Shown here piece by piece: positions 10,789-22,552 of a stretch of DNA of 36,995 nucleotides. Below the pieces are notes generated by a model, which did no database searches, was not told the origin of the DNA, and saw nothing but the letters and a program-made list of their open reading frames with translations. Each line of letters starts with the position of its first letter. Position 1 is the stretch's first letter. This DNA comes from Octopus bimaculoides. Taxonomy: Eukaryota. Location of the stretch: contig NC_068986.1 in NCBI RefSeq assembly GCF_001194135.2, positions 21,746,114-21,783,108 of the forward strand, given 5' to 3'. Position numbers and translations under genes: made by a program.

Positions 10789-11344
10789 GGATCTTTTTTA
10801 AAACGGGGGCCACATTTTTCATTAATATTTTACGTAGTGTTTTTGGTAGCGAAAGACTTTCAAACTTCGTATACTTATCTATTTTGTGTTATAGAACAGA
10901 AAAATATTTTTGTATTCGAATTTATTTCATGTAAAAAATTGTCTTATTTCGATAATTTCAACCAATCACTGACAAGTATTCAGTTGTTTACATTTACTCC
11001 TTTGGCTCACTAAGCGATGTAAAGCGTATTTAATCTCCATACCTTCGTTTTATTTGCTTTTTTCATTTTAAATTTGCTTTAACCCTAACCCTAGGGTTAG
11101 GGTTAATTGTTTCAGAATCGTTTGTTTATGTAGTCGGCACTTAATGTATATCGGCTGAATGGACGTCAGTGATTGGTTGAAATTACAGAAATACGACAAC
11201 TTTAACATGGAATAATTTATGGATTTCTTTTTTTTTTAAGAAGACTAAGAGAAAAAGATGTTTTATATGACACATTCTACCAGTGTTCCAAGTTTCAAAG
11301 TGTTTCGTTAATGAAAAATGTGGCCCCCGTTTTAAAAAAGATCC
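10789..11344. mobile_element. MITE (556 bp) with central telomeric palindrome
   Basis: Perfect ~46-bp IR 10780-10825 / 11308-11353 (includes palindromic AAAATTTT flanks, possible 8-bp TSD); second IR aatttcaaccaatcactgac / gtcagtgattggttgaaatt; TTAACCCTAACCCTAGGGTTAGGGTTAA at 11079-11106. Confidence 0.8.
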
Positions 11345-11438
11345 AAAATTTTTTCTCTGAAACAAAGTATTATAGACAGTACCATTCTACATTTATATAC
11401 ACATCGTATGTTATACATACCGATATTTTATTGTTGGT

Positions 11439-11712
11439 GGAGGCGCAATGGCCCAGTGGTTTCGATTCCCAGACCGGGCATTGTGTGTGTTTATTGAGCG
11501 AAAACACCTAAAAGCTCCACGAGGCTCCGGCAGGGGGTGATGGCGACTCCTGTTGTATTCTTTCGCCCCAACTTACTCTCACTCTTTCTTCTTGTTTCTT
11601 GAGTAACGCTGTGATGGACTGACGTCCCGTCTAGCTGGGGGGAACACATGCGCTATAGAAACCGGGAAACCGGACCCATGAGCTTGGCTAGGCTTGAAAA
11701 GGGCACATAAAA
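11439..11712 (+). mobile_element. SINE with family A head and family E-like 3' tail
   Basis: Same GGAGGCGCAATGGCCCAGTGG head, B-box GTTTCGATTCCC; tail ccagctgggggaacacat...gaaaccgggaaaccgg shared with reverse complement of 18940-19010. Confidence 0.75.
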
Positions 11713-12010
11713 AAATTTTTTAAAATTTTATTGTTGTTTTTTTCTCATGTCACTGGCGCTAGTGAGATTGCCAAGTAGGTTGCATAAACAGAAAAGAACA
11801 GGAAAGAGACTAAATATGGGAGGAATACAAGGTAGGTGGGTGGTAGCTAAAGATCCTGAAATGATAAAGTATGATAGAGGGAAAAGAACATATGTCTTGC
11901 GGTGGTGGAGATACATTATAAGGGTGAGCAGTCCACATTACTCTGTAAGGAGGATAGGGCCAGTTTCCAAGTTTCTCAGGGGTATATATTCCTCCTTGGA
12001 CAAGATGCGA

Positions 12011-12495
12011 AATTGTTTTCCCATGAGAGTTCCAGACCCTAGTAATGAACTCGTTTGCATACAGCCAATCAGAGCCCCCTTGACCCAAAGAACGGTGTTG
12101 CAAGTCGACCGGTTGCCAAATTATCCCTGATTTTAGAAGGAGACAAGTAATTAGATAAATTTGCATCTATACTTATTATCAGATTTTGTTAGGGCCCCAT
12201 ATGGTAAAGATGTGGGTAGAGGGTGATGTGCTAGCAAACCTCTCCCCTTACTGTTTTACAAAGTAAACAACAACACAAATAACGACGCAGCGGCAGCCAT
12301 GGTTGAAACAAGAACAAGAACAACAAGCATTATTAAATGAGAAAAGAAGCATGGTTATTCCTTAACCAAGTGACCTTATCCTATCGTCCATCACTTGTTA
12401 TGCACTCATAAATTAGTTCGATAGTTGAGTTCTGATTGGCTGTATGCAAATGAGTTCATAACTGGGGTCCGGAAGTCCCATGTGAAAAAGAATTT
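12011..12495. repeat. Fold-back element with ~65-bp arms
   Basis: 12011-12075 complements 12429-12495; core gaactc(g/a)tttgcatacagccaatcaga. Confidence 0.7.
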
Positions 12496-12900
12496 GGCAG
12501 ACAGGACACCAGTCCATCACAGGATTACCCATTTTTGCCAGCTGAGTGGACTGGAATAATATGAAATGGGGTGTTTTGGTCAAGAACACAACGCATCACC
12601 CAGTCCGGGGATCAAAACCACAATTTTATGATCATGAGTCTAACACCTTAACCCCTAAGCCATGCACCTCCATATACAAAAAAAGGATGAGTAGTAGAAA
12701 TTGAGATGAAGATAAAGATGATGACGATGGTGATGATATACTAGAATTAATTCTCATGGTAGGTGTGTAGTTTCATAAGAATGTGAAGGAGGAGTAACAG
12801 ATGATAAGACAAGGGGACAGTAACAAATGGTTAGAGTGGGGTGGAAGGAGTGGATTTATTGAATGATGTGCAAGGGTGGTGGTGCAGTTGGTGGGAAATA

Positions 12901-13200
12901 TCAGCGGGGAGAGAAGGTAAGGTGAGAGAGATAGCTGTGACTCATGAAGGAGGATCGATCATAAGGCAGGAGAATGATGTGCAAGATCTTGGCATAATGG
13001 GGAGAGAGATGTGAGGGTAGATAGGGGGATGTATAGTGGGTGAGCATGATGGTGGAGATAAGATGGAGTATGATGAAGGAGAGGGAGCTATCGGAAGACA
13101 CAAAAAGGTGTTCAGTGAGAATAGTATGGTAAAGGAAGGAAGGATGAGTATAAGGGTGGGAAAGTTCCAGGAGAGAAGGTGGGGTGACTGGTAATGTAAA
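12901..13200. repeat. Purine-rich dispersed repeat (probable old retroelement fragment)
   Basis: 12901-13033 resembles 10231-10333; similar purine-rich tracts at ~33290-33560 and ~33900-34110 (the latter complementary to ~19850-19990). Confidence 0.6.
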
Positions 13201-14670
13201 AGAAATGGTTGGGAGTTATATGTGCTGATTTGTATAAAAAAAAAAGCAAACCAAATAAAGATTAGAATTCATATGACCAATATGGGCAAGATCCTCTTTC
13301 TCTTTCAACTCATCATCATCATCAACATCATTTAATATCTGTTTTCCATGCTGACAATGAGGTGGATGATTTGACCAGAGCTGACAAGCTGGAGAGTTGT
13401 ACCAGGTTCCAATCTGCTTTGGTTTGGTTTCTACAGCTGGATGCCCTTCCCAATGCCAACCACTTTACAGAGAGCCCAAGGTGCATTTTATATGGACTGA
13501 CATGAAGACACTAACAAGCAAAAAACCCCATCAGCTGGGGTAGGATTAACAATTCTGCAGTGGTGGACAAGTCTTCTTGAGTACAACAAGGTGCCAGATA
13601 TCTCAATCCTTTGTCATCTCCTTCATAAGGCTCAGTGTCCTGAGATCAGCCTTCAGTACCTCATCCCATGTCTTTGTGTGTGTGTGTGTGTTCTCGTCTT
13701 GATAATATGTAGTTGTTGTAAACGAGTGTCACTGTCATACAAGCAGTGTTATTCATTTTCACTCTTCCATGAAAACATGTTTGGTCATGAGGAAATAATA
13801 CCTTGCTTAGAAACAGATGGAGGTTGGTAACAACAAGGCATCTGGTTAAAGGAAACCTGCCTCAGCAAGCTCTATCCAGCCCATGTCAATATGGGAAAGT
13901 GGAGGGGGAGGAGAAGGATGGCAGCAGCAGCAGCAACAGATTAATTTCTATATTAATTAATTGTGTGTTGGGCCACATTGATTTTTTTTAAAGACATTGA
14001 GGAGGTAGGGGTTCTTTCAAATGGATTGTAAGAAAATGTCTCAGTTTTCTGTTATGTACACTTGCAAAATGGAAAAAGAGTTTGTCACTCAAAGCTCTCC
14101 TCAACATCATCATGTAATGTCTTTTTATCCATGCTGGCATGGGTCAGACAATTTGACATGAACTGACAAGCCAGATGAATGCACCAATCTCCAATGTTTG
14201 TTTTGGCATAGTTTCTACAGCAGGAAGCCCTTCCTGATGCCCCACTGCTATAATGGACCTTCCTAATATCATCTATTGCGATACTTAAACAGCAGTGTTG
14301 GAGTTGCCATGTTTTTCTGATTAGAATCCTTTTTATTGTAACCAATCAAAAAAGAAACAGTTATAAAATTGCTATTTGGTAAATAACACAAACAAGATAA
14401 AATCTTGAGTCTTAAGATCAAGGTTCTGCAATTTTGTGAGTCAACACAATAAACTTAGTTAATCTAGTGTAAAGCAAAGCCTAATTTTTCTGCATTATTT
14501 ATTTATTTATCATTATTATCATTATTATTGTATATAATGAAGACTGTAAGATAGGGTGTACTTTGACATGAATTGTATAGCACATGTTGGTTGGTTGTTG
14601 GACAATAATCAACTGAGGATGGATACTGCTTTCACAAAACAAATGTTGCACACAAGCATATTCAAGGGAT

Positions 14671-15085
14671 CTATAAACGTAATGAACTACTCATTAATTT
14701 TATTGTGCATTCATCATTACTTAAGTGGTTAGTTTCACAGCCATACTGTATCTGTATGCAGTTCTATTGATTAGGCCTTTGAGAGTTCAATGTCTTTGTG
14801 TAGGAGTATGACACAGCATATATGCTGATAATAGGATACAAAGCACTAACTGTTCTGTTAATAAATTACTAAGTTGATTGGATACTTGTACAAGTAACAG
14901 AGTAACTGGTGCTTTGTGTCCTATCATCAGCATTATGTGCCAAGTCATACCCCTAAATCAAGACATTTAACTCTCAAAAGGCCTTGTCTATAGAATTGAA
15001 TACAGATACAGTATGGTTGTGAAGCTAACCACTTAAGTAATGAATGCATAGTAAAATTGATAAGTGGTTCATTATATTTACAAAG
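14671..15085. repeat. Long imperfect palindrome (arms ~190 bp, loop ~35 bp)
   Basis: 14671-14860 complements 14895-15085; third copy of the terminal segment at 15178-15215. Confidence 0.8.
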
Positions 15086-15090
15086 CTGTG

Positions 15091-15134
<44 letters not shown>

Positions 15135-15291
15135 ACACCCACACATGGATCATCATCTCTGGAAGCATTTGTGCCCCTATCACAGCTTTGTAAATGTAAT
15201 GAACCACTCATCAAGGTCATTTGCATCACAGAACTCCAGCAGCCTGGTTCCCTCCTCATTGCGGGAACCAAAACCATAGCCTCCATGTACA

Positions 15292-15637
15292 CTTTTACTT
15301 GTTTCAGTCATTTGACTGCGGCCATGCTGGAGCACCGCCTTTTAGTCAAGCAAATCAACCCCAGGACTTATTCTTTGAGCCTAGTACTTATTCTATCATT
15401 TTTTTTTTGCCGAACCGCTAAGTTACGGGGACATAAACACACCAGCATTGGTTGTCAAGCGATGTTGCAGGGACAAACACACACACACATATATATACAT
15501 ATACATATATATATATACTACAGGCTTCTTTCAGTTTCCGTCTACCAAATCCATTCACAAGGCTTTGGGCGACCTGAGGCTATAGTAGAAGACACTTGCC
15601 CAAGGTGCCACGCAGTGGGACTGAACCCAGAACCATG
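15292..15637 (-). mobile_element. SINE family B
   Basis: Reverse complement of the 28161-28532 copy with central (CA)/(TA) tract. Confidence 0.85.
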
Positions 15638-15648
15638 ATATATATATG

Positions 15649-15679
<31 letters not shown>

Positions 15680-16045
15680 GACAGGCTTCTTTTAGTTTCT
15701 AATTATTAGTGTCTAAGTCAAAATTAGTATAACTGTGCCAGTAATTGAGTATTATAGCTAGTGCTGGGTTACCCTTTAAACAAAATAAGCATGTACTAGG
15801 GCATCAGGAGAAGTGGGGAGGGGCATCACAGTAATGGTAAATGGCTTACAGCACAAAAGAAATCACTTTAAACTTGCTTCTCTTGTTTTTTCAATTTTCT
15901 ATTTTTACTTTTTTCCTTTATTCTTTCTTTCTTTTTTCCCTTTTCTTTCTATCACATAATTTGACTTTGTAAATGAACAATCTGGTGTGTATATTTTGAT
16001 GGTATTAGAAAGACACTCGGCAAGAAATGGAATAATTTTATTAAT

Positions 16046-16408
16046 AACAAGAGCACTCAGAGAGTGCAAACCTCCACCAAAGCAACACTAACATCCTTTC
16101 AACGATTAGCCAGAGATGATTTTTAAAATGAAAATATTTGAAATAAACTCGACTGCTCTCACAAATGAGAATGCTAAAAATGAACCTGACCGCTCTCAAA
16201 ACGTAAGTAAAAAAACAAGAAAAATAATCCAGAATCATTGTCCGGTGCCAGATCAATCCCAAAATCTAATCAGTTTGTGCGAGTCACAAGGTCAATCATC
16301 CCTGAAAGTTTCATCTGAATCCATCCAGTGGTTCTTGAGATACCTTGTCCATGAACAAGCAAACCTGACTGAAAATAATACCTCTGCCTTTGCTTAGGCG
16401 GAGGTAAA
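16046..16408 (-). mobile_element. Helentron-associated non-autonomous element (HINE/DINE-1-like)
   Basis: Hairpin ACCTCTGCCT/AGGCGGAGGT (16380-16405) at one end, matching subterminal copy acctccacc (16070-16078) and hairpin GCACTC-aga-GAGTGC (16053-16067) at the other, in A/T-rich flanks. Confidence 0.65.
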
Positions 16409-16409
16409 A

Positions 16410-16985
16410 GTTGGCACTACAGAACTTCATGATAAAAATGATGGCAAGAATGATAGCCAATACTGGACAAATCTGAGTAGAGTAGAAGAGAAAAATCTCA
16501 ACACTGGCTGAGAAGTACAAACCTCAAAGCAGAGATTGTCTGATTTCTCGATTGTAGTACAGGACCAAAACCTCTTCACTTCACCAGAAACCACCAAAAC
16601 AGTAACTGTAGAATATATGGAAATGAGAAAGAAACAATTAACCACATCGTCTCTGGCTGTCCTGTCTTAGCCAAGAAGGAATACATCCATAGGCATAGCA
16701 GAGATGGGGCTTACATACACTGAAAGTTATGCCAGCATTGGGAAAAGAGATGGTGTTGACATACACCAGAGAAGGTCTCTGAGAATGGCAAAGCAACCAT
16801 AATCTGGGATATACCAATGCACACAGACAAGGATATCAAAGCTAATCAACCAGATATTGTTGTCAAGAACCACCAAGGAAAGAAATGTCTCCTAAGTTGA
16901 TATATCAGTCTCAACAAATATTGATGTTTCTAAAGGAGATGGAAAAATTATCTAAACATAGAGAGCTAGAAATGAAGATACGAGG
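16410..16985 (+). mobile_element. Decayed R4/Dong-like (RLE-type) non-LTR retrotransposon 3' fragment
   Basis: Translates with stops/frameshifts as HWLRSTNLKAEIV..QDQNL..CRIYGNEKETINHIVSGCPVLAKKEYIHRH..IIWDIPMHTDKDIKANQPDIVVK..KCLL/VDISV..KEMEKLSKHRELE: CCHC knuckle plus PD-(D/E)xK restriction-like endonuclease motifs. Confidence 0.85.
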
Positions 16986-17012
16986 GAAAATGATAGCCAC
17001 CTTGTCTGTGAT

Positions 17013-17324
17013 TTATATGGTGAGTACGATAAAGTCAATGAAATAAAACTGAATAATAATTGTAAATAAACTCCACTGTTTCAATATCTTCTTATCTTTT
17101 GAAAATCTTGTAATAAAAAACACTTCTTTTGCAACAAATTTTCGTTTATTTTCATATATTTTAGTTAGACGGATATATAAAAATAATGTATTAAATTTAA
17201 AATAGAATTTAAGAATATTTACTTCATACAATTTTAACATTTTTTCTATGTGCATACATTTTTGCAGTTTACATGGCATTGAAGATTTCATTTTAAAAAA
17301 TGTCAGGAGAATGCTTCTTTTCAA
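17013..17324 (-). mobile_element. Possible decayed LINE (L2/CR1-like) RT C-terminal fragment
   Basis: KLQKCMHIEKMLKLYEVNILKFYFK weakly resembles the post-RT 'LF.KL..L...DLY....LKF.YK' segment; by-eye only. Confidence 0.3.
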
Positions 17325-18825
17325 TCAGGTCCCTTCCCTTCAGAAAATCTAAAAGTCTGTGAATGTACCAATATATATATAGATTTATGCCTCGAGACTT
17401 TTTAAAAGTCTCGATACCAAAGCATGTGATATAAAAAATTAAAGAAATAAAACTTTTACACAATGCTAGTCAAGTTGACCCATTTCTAGAATTTCCATTT
17501 TACCTATTTTTAGAAATAAGCAATGGTCCAATACTAATTAGGGCATTTAATTAATATACTATGAATGCAAACTCATGCATGAGTTAATCAAGTATACATT
17601 ATCCAAAATTAAGTTTGCTCTTCATAGCAAAGAAATTTGATATTTTTATACAGACATATGTAACTACAGTTGATTCCAAAATTATAAAACCAAAACTAGT
17701 TCTTGTCTCAAGATTTTAATAGCAAGCTACTTGTAACTGCTCCTAATTTTATGATACTGTAGCAGATTTGAAACCAAATCACTGGACAGCCATGTGGTCA
17801 CCACATTGAGATCACAATTGTTTCACATGTTCAGTCAATTAACTGACCAATCAGCCTTGAGCCATCATGTGATTTGATTTTCTAGAATCTTCTAATGAGT
17901 TTTATATAAAAGGTGCATTTTTGGGGCTGTAACTTCAGAAGGCCGAGACCGTTGCTTTAACAACTCCCACCTTGCTTTTTCCATTCATCAGCCATGCAGA
18001 TTGAAGATACAGATTTGCCATCATGAATTTAGTACAATATTTCTTCAGTTGTGGTGGCCTAATCACAGATCGATATATAACAGCTATTTTGTCATAGACT
18101 CCAGAACTTGTCTCTTCCAGTGTATTTAAATTGTTGTTTTTATTTTTCATCCAAAGACCAGCACAGAACACACTGTGTGCAGTAAATAAAGCTTCTGTTA
18201 ACTGTTTGTGTGTTGTTTAATCATTTTACACACAGCCAACAAGCAAAAACAACCATGCAACATTAACAGAAGCTCAAATTTTAAAGTATTTATATCTAAA
18301 TGAAAATCTTTCATCATAATTTTATGTAACTTTCTTGTATTATGTTCCAAACATTAGCTTAATGATGAAAAAGTCTGTTATTTTAATAAAAGCTTCCAAA
18401 TTCCTGATTATTTAAAAATTTAATTGAAAGACAAGGATAGTTTATTCCATGAGAAATATGGATGAAAGGATTATTAAGTATTTGTTATATATGTACGTTG
18501 AGATTTTAACAGTAATTAGAAGATTGTGCATCCAACCACCACCACATGAAATAACATCTTGTTAGAGAAACAAGCTAAAAATAACAGAAATTATAATGTC
18601 TGGGACATGTTTCAGAAATACTGATACTGAATTGAGATACAAATATCCCATTCCAAAATAAAATTGAAGGGTTAATAAAGGATAAATTTCAAATATTATT
18701 GTATGAACACACTCTTATAAGTATTGAGCACATAATTCTTTTTAAGAGTGGTTATGTTAACATTGAGCATACATTTTCATTGTCTGAATATTCTGCCTTT
18801 ATATAGATTATATGATGATGATGAT

Positions 18826-19185
18826 GCGCCCTTTCAAAGCCTAACCAGGCTCGTGGGCCCAGTTTCCCAGTTTCTATGGTGTATGTGTTTCCCTGCCCCC
18901 AGCTGGACAAGACACCAGTCCATCGCAAAAATAAATGCACCCTTTTAAAGCCTAGCCAGGCTCATGGGCCCGGTTTCCCGGTTTCTGTGGCATATGTGTT
19001 CCCCCCAGCTGGATGGGACACCAGTCCCTTGCAGCGTTATTCATTTTTGCCAGCTGAGTGGACTGGAGTAACGTGAAATGAAGTGTTTTGCTCAAGAACA
19101 CAACACGTCGCCCGGTCCAGGAATTGAAACCACAATCTTACAATCATGATGCTGACACCATAACCACTAAGCCACGCACCTCCAC
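18826..19185 (-). mobile_element. tRNA-derived SINE family E with tandemly duplicated 3' end
   Basis: Minus-strand head gtggaggtgcgtggcttagtggtta, B-box ggtttcaattcc; 18826-18920 repeats 18938-19030. Other copies ~12500-12672(-), ~30900-31135(-). Confidence 0.8.
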
Positions 19186-20224
19186 ATATAGATTATATAC
19201 TTATCTATAAACTAGAGTGTGGTTAAGAAGTTTGCTTCCCAACTTCATGCTGTTGAGTTTAGTCCTATTGTATGGCAACTTGGGCCAGTGACTTCTTCAA
19301 TAATCTCAGGCAAACTAAAATCTTGTGAGTGGATTTGGTTGATAAACACTGACAGAACATTTTGTGTGTGTGGATGGAGTTGCTTCTCCCTTTCTGACAT
19401 CATGTGATACTTATAAAGGAGCATCATTGTGAAATATAAGCAGTGTTATTCACTTCTAATCTTCTGTGAAAGCGCATAGCCATGAGGAAATATCTTTGTT
19501 TGGAGACAGGTGAGGGTCAACAACAGAGTGTAAAGTATATACACTCTGGTTGTAAAGTATATAACAGAATTAAGACCTTCCAACAGCTATTCTTAGCTCA
19601 CAAAATATGTATAAAAACTACTATCATTTTATCTATTCATTTAACTGTCAATTTGCTTATCTATCTTTCTGACAAGAAAATCTCAGGAAAAGACCGTTAA
19701 CAATTCACTGATAAGCAGCGGCATGGTTGTGTGGTCAAGAAGCTCATTTCCCAACTGTATGGTTCCTGGTTCAGTCCCATTGTGTGGTCCCTTGGGCAAC
19801 TGTCTTCTACTAAAAAGCTTTGAAAATGAATTTTGTTGACCAAAACCGAAAAAAGCCCATCACAATCCCTTCTCACACTCTTACAAAAGCAGTCACTCTC
19901 TCATCCATTTCCTCGAGTCACTGTCCATATCCTCTCTTACACTCATCTTCTTGTTCCTTGGGAGTTTGCTATAGGACCACATCACTACCCACTGTTTATC
20001 TCCTTCAGCCATGTATCACCACGGCAGCAAGACACTTGTGTTGTCCCTGTGTCATACTTTAGCCTCTCAACACCTCACATAAAGCCACCCAACTCCTGTG
20101 TTGTATTGGTTGCTTATATTCACGCCACCGGCATTAGTGAGGTTTCCATGTAACTTGCAAAACAGAAAAGACTGGTGTTGGTATGTTTACATCCACTATA
20201 ACATAGTTCAGCAAAAGAGACCGA

Positions 20225-20460
20225 AGGCGGCGAGCTGGCAGAAATGTTAGCACGCCGGGCGAAATGCTTCGCGGTATTTCATCTGCCGTTACGTTCTGAG
20301 TTCAAATTCCGCCGAGGTTGACTTTGCCTTTCATCCTTTCGGGGTTGATTAAATAAGTACCAGTTACGCACTGGGGTCGATATAATCGACTTAATTCGTT
20401 TGTCTGTCCTTGTTTGTCCCCTCTGTGTGTAGCCCCTTGTGGGCAATAAAAAAAATAAGA
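20225..20460 (+). mobile_element. tRNA-derived SINE family D
   Basis: aggcggcgagctggcagaa head, B-box gagttcaaattcc, A-rich end. Confidence 0.85.
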
Positions 20461-20873
20461 AAAAGAGTACTAAGCTTTAAAAAAGCAAAAATAAACATAA
20501 GGACTGGAATTGTGGAATTGATTTGTTAGGCTAAAACCATTGAAGGTTATGCCCCAACTTGGCTGCAGTCCAATGACTGAAATAAGTAAAATATGAATGA
20601 GATTATTAAGACATAACATTTGGAACATAATTCAGTAGAAGGTTCTTACATATGACTAGAAGAGTATTTGGACTATTGAGTCAAAAGGTGGGTTAGTATT
20701 GAAAGGATTAAAACAATAAGCTATAACCATTATGTATTATTATCCTTTTTTGATTTGTTTGACTTTTTATTAACTTAACGTGACTTAACTTGTTTTGTTT
20801 TAATTATCTTAATTTCATATGTATACAATGATGTAATGAATAAACTTAGTTTATTCACAATCATAAAACCAAC

Positions 20874-20909
<36 letters not shown>

Positions 20910-20910
<1 letters not shown>

Positions 20911-21300
20911 GGCACAGGAGTGGCTGTGTGGTAAGTAGCTTGTTGCTTACTAACCACATGGTTCCAGGTTCATTCCCACTTTTACTATAGCCTCAGGTCA
21001 ACTAAATCCTTGTGAGTGGATTTAGTAGATGGAAACTGAAAGAAGCCTGTCGTGAAAATATATATATGTATGTATGTATGTGTATATGTTTTTGTATCTG
21101 TGTTTGTCCCCCCTGCCATTGCTTGACAACCAATGCTAGTGTGTTCCCATCCTCATAACTTAGCAGTTCAACAAAAGAGACTGATAGAATAAGTATTAGG
21201 CTTACAAAGAATAAGTCCTGGGGTCAATTTGTTCGACTAAAGGCAGTGCCCCAGCATGGCTGCAGTCAAATGACTGAGACAGGTGAAAGAATAAAAGAAT
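20910..21300 (+). mobile_element. SINE family B, near full length
   Basis: aggcacaggagtggctgtgtggtaag head, internal microsatellite, 3' cagtcaaatgactga(a)ac hairpin tail. Confidence 0.85.
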
Positions 21301-22455
21301 ATATATATATAAATCTCCAATGATTCACCAGAAGTGACAACCAGAAATGTTACTAAAAAGAGTAAGCTTGGAGCAGCCATCTTTGCACATGTGTCATTTA
21401 CAAAGGTTTTTAGATAAAAATTTTAAAAAAACATAAGGATAAGCCTTTCCTTCAAACATTAATTTCATATTTCAAAAAATATTCAGGCAAAAAGAAAACC
21501 AAGCTTGGTTTACCAGCTGATGATCAGAAGCAAACAACTGTGGGATATAATATATGGTAAGTACATATATATATATATACATAGTTCACATTTGTATTTG
21601 GTTTACAAGATTCTTCATGTGAATTCGTGTGTTGAAAGAAATACTATTGAACCTTGGGAGGAGCATAATGTGATGAAATAATTATTTGACAAAAAAGAAG
21701 AAATAACAACATGAACAATACTGAACAATAACAATAAAGAACTGGACCAGTGCATGTGTTTATAATTACCGGCATAATGCCCCTCCCAAGATTCAATAGT
21801 ATATCTATATATATATATATATAACGTGAGAGAGTTAGGGGTTGGGGGTTCAACCCACTAAGGGATAGTATCTATCCAGTATACTGCTGGGAGGGTACCC
21901 AATTATTGCTACACTAGTGCTATACTAGGTGCAATCAATGGGAGCGGGTAAAAGTGGAGGTTTTACCCAAAATTTGTGTAACAATTAGAAAATGGAGGAT
22001 AATATGCTGAACCCAACTACTTGCAGATGGTGTATCCCGTTGAATTCATTAATTTAATTCATAGCAAAAGTGCCAAAAAAAGGAAGAAAAGAAAAAGAAA
22101 GAAAGAACCAAAGCACAGGTGTCCATGGCAGACTATGTAATTTTGCCAACATGGTTTACATATAGAAGTACAAAGTACATAAGGAATTAGAGAATGAACA
22201 GAAGTTTAATCTTACAGCTGTTTCAGCCTAGTTTTAGCAAGCCCCATTCTATCCGAATATTCCTTTCCGGAGTGATTATCGGATGACATTTTGAAATGGG
22301 GTTACATGCCCGAACCTCTAGGCCTCTTCAGAGATTCACAAAGGGTTACAAACAAATGTAGAGCAAGATATATATATAATAGGCAGTTTTATATTTAGTT
22401 TTAGAAATATATGCACACACTCCTAAACACACAATGGTATATATATTATCATTAT

Positions 22456-22492
<37 letters not shown>

Positions 22493-22552
22493 GTGTATGT
22501 GTATTTGTATATTTAAAAGGTTCTGCAAGAAATACTTGGTAGAGTCACGGTG

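Noticed and set aside
11079-11106. Telomere-telomere fusion scar
   Set aside because: Orientation is CCCTAA then TTAGGG (opposite to a fusion) and it lies inside a TIR element.
17757-18232. Possible solo LTR (TG start, TATA ~17905, AATAAA ~18184, CA end)
   Set aside because: No matching TSD or second copy in the window; cannot be supported.
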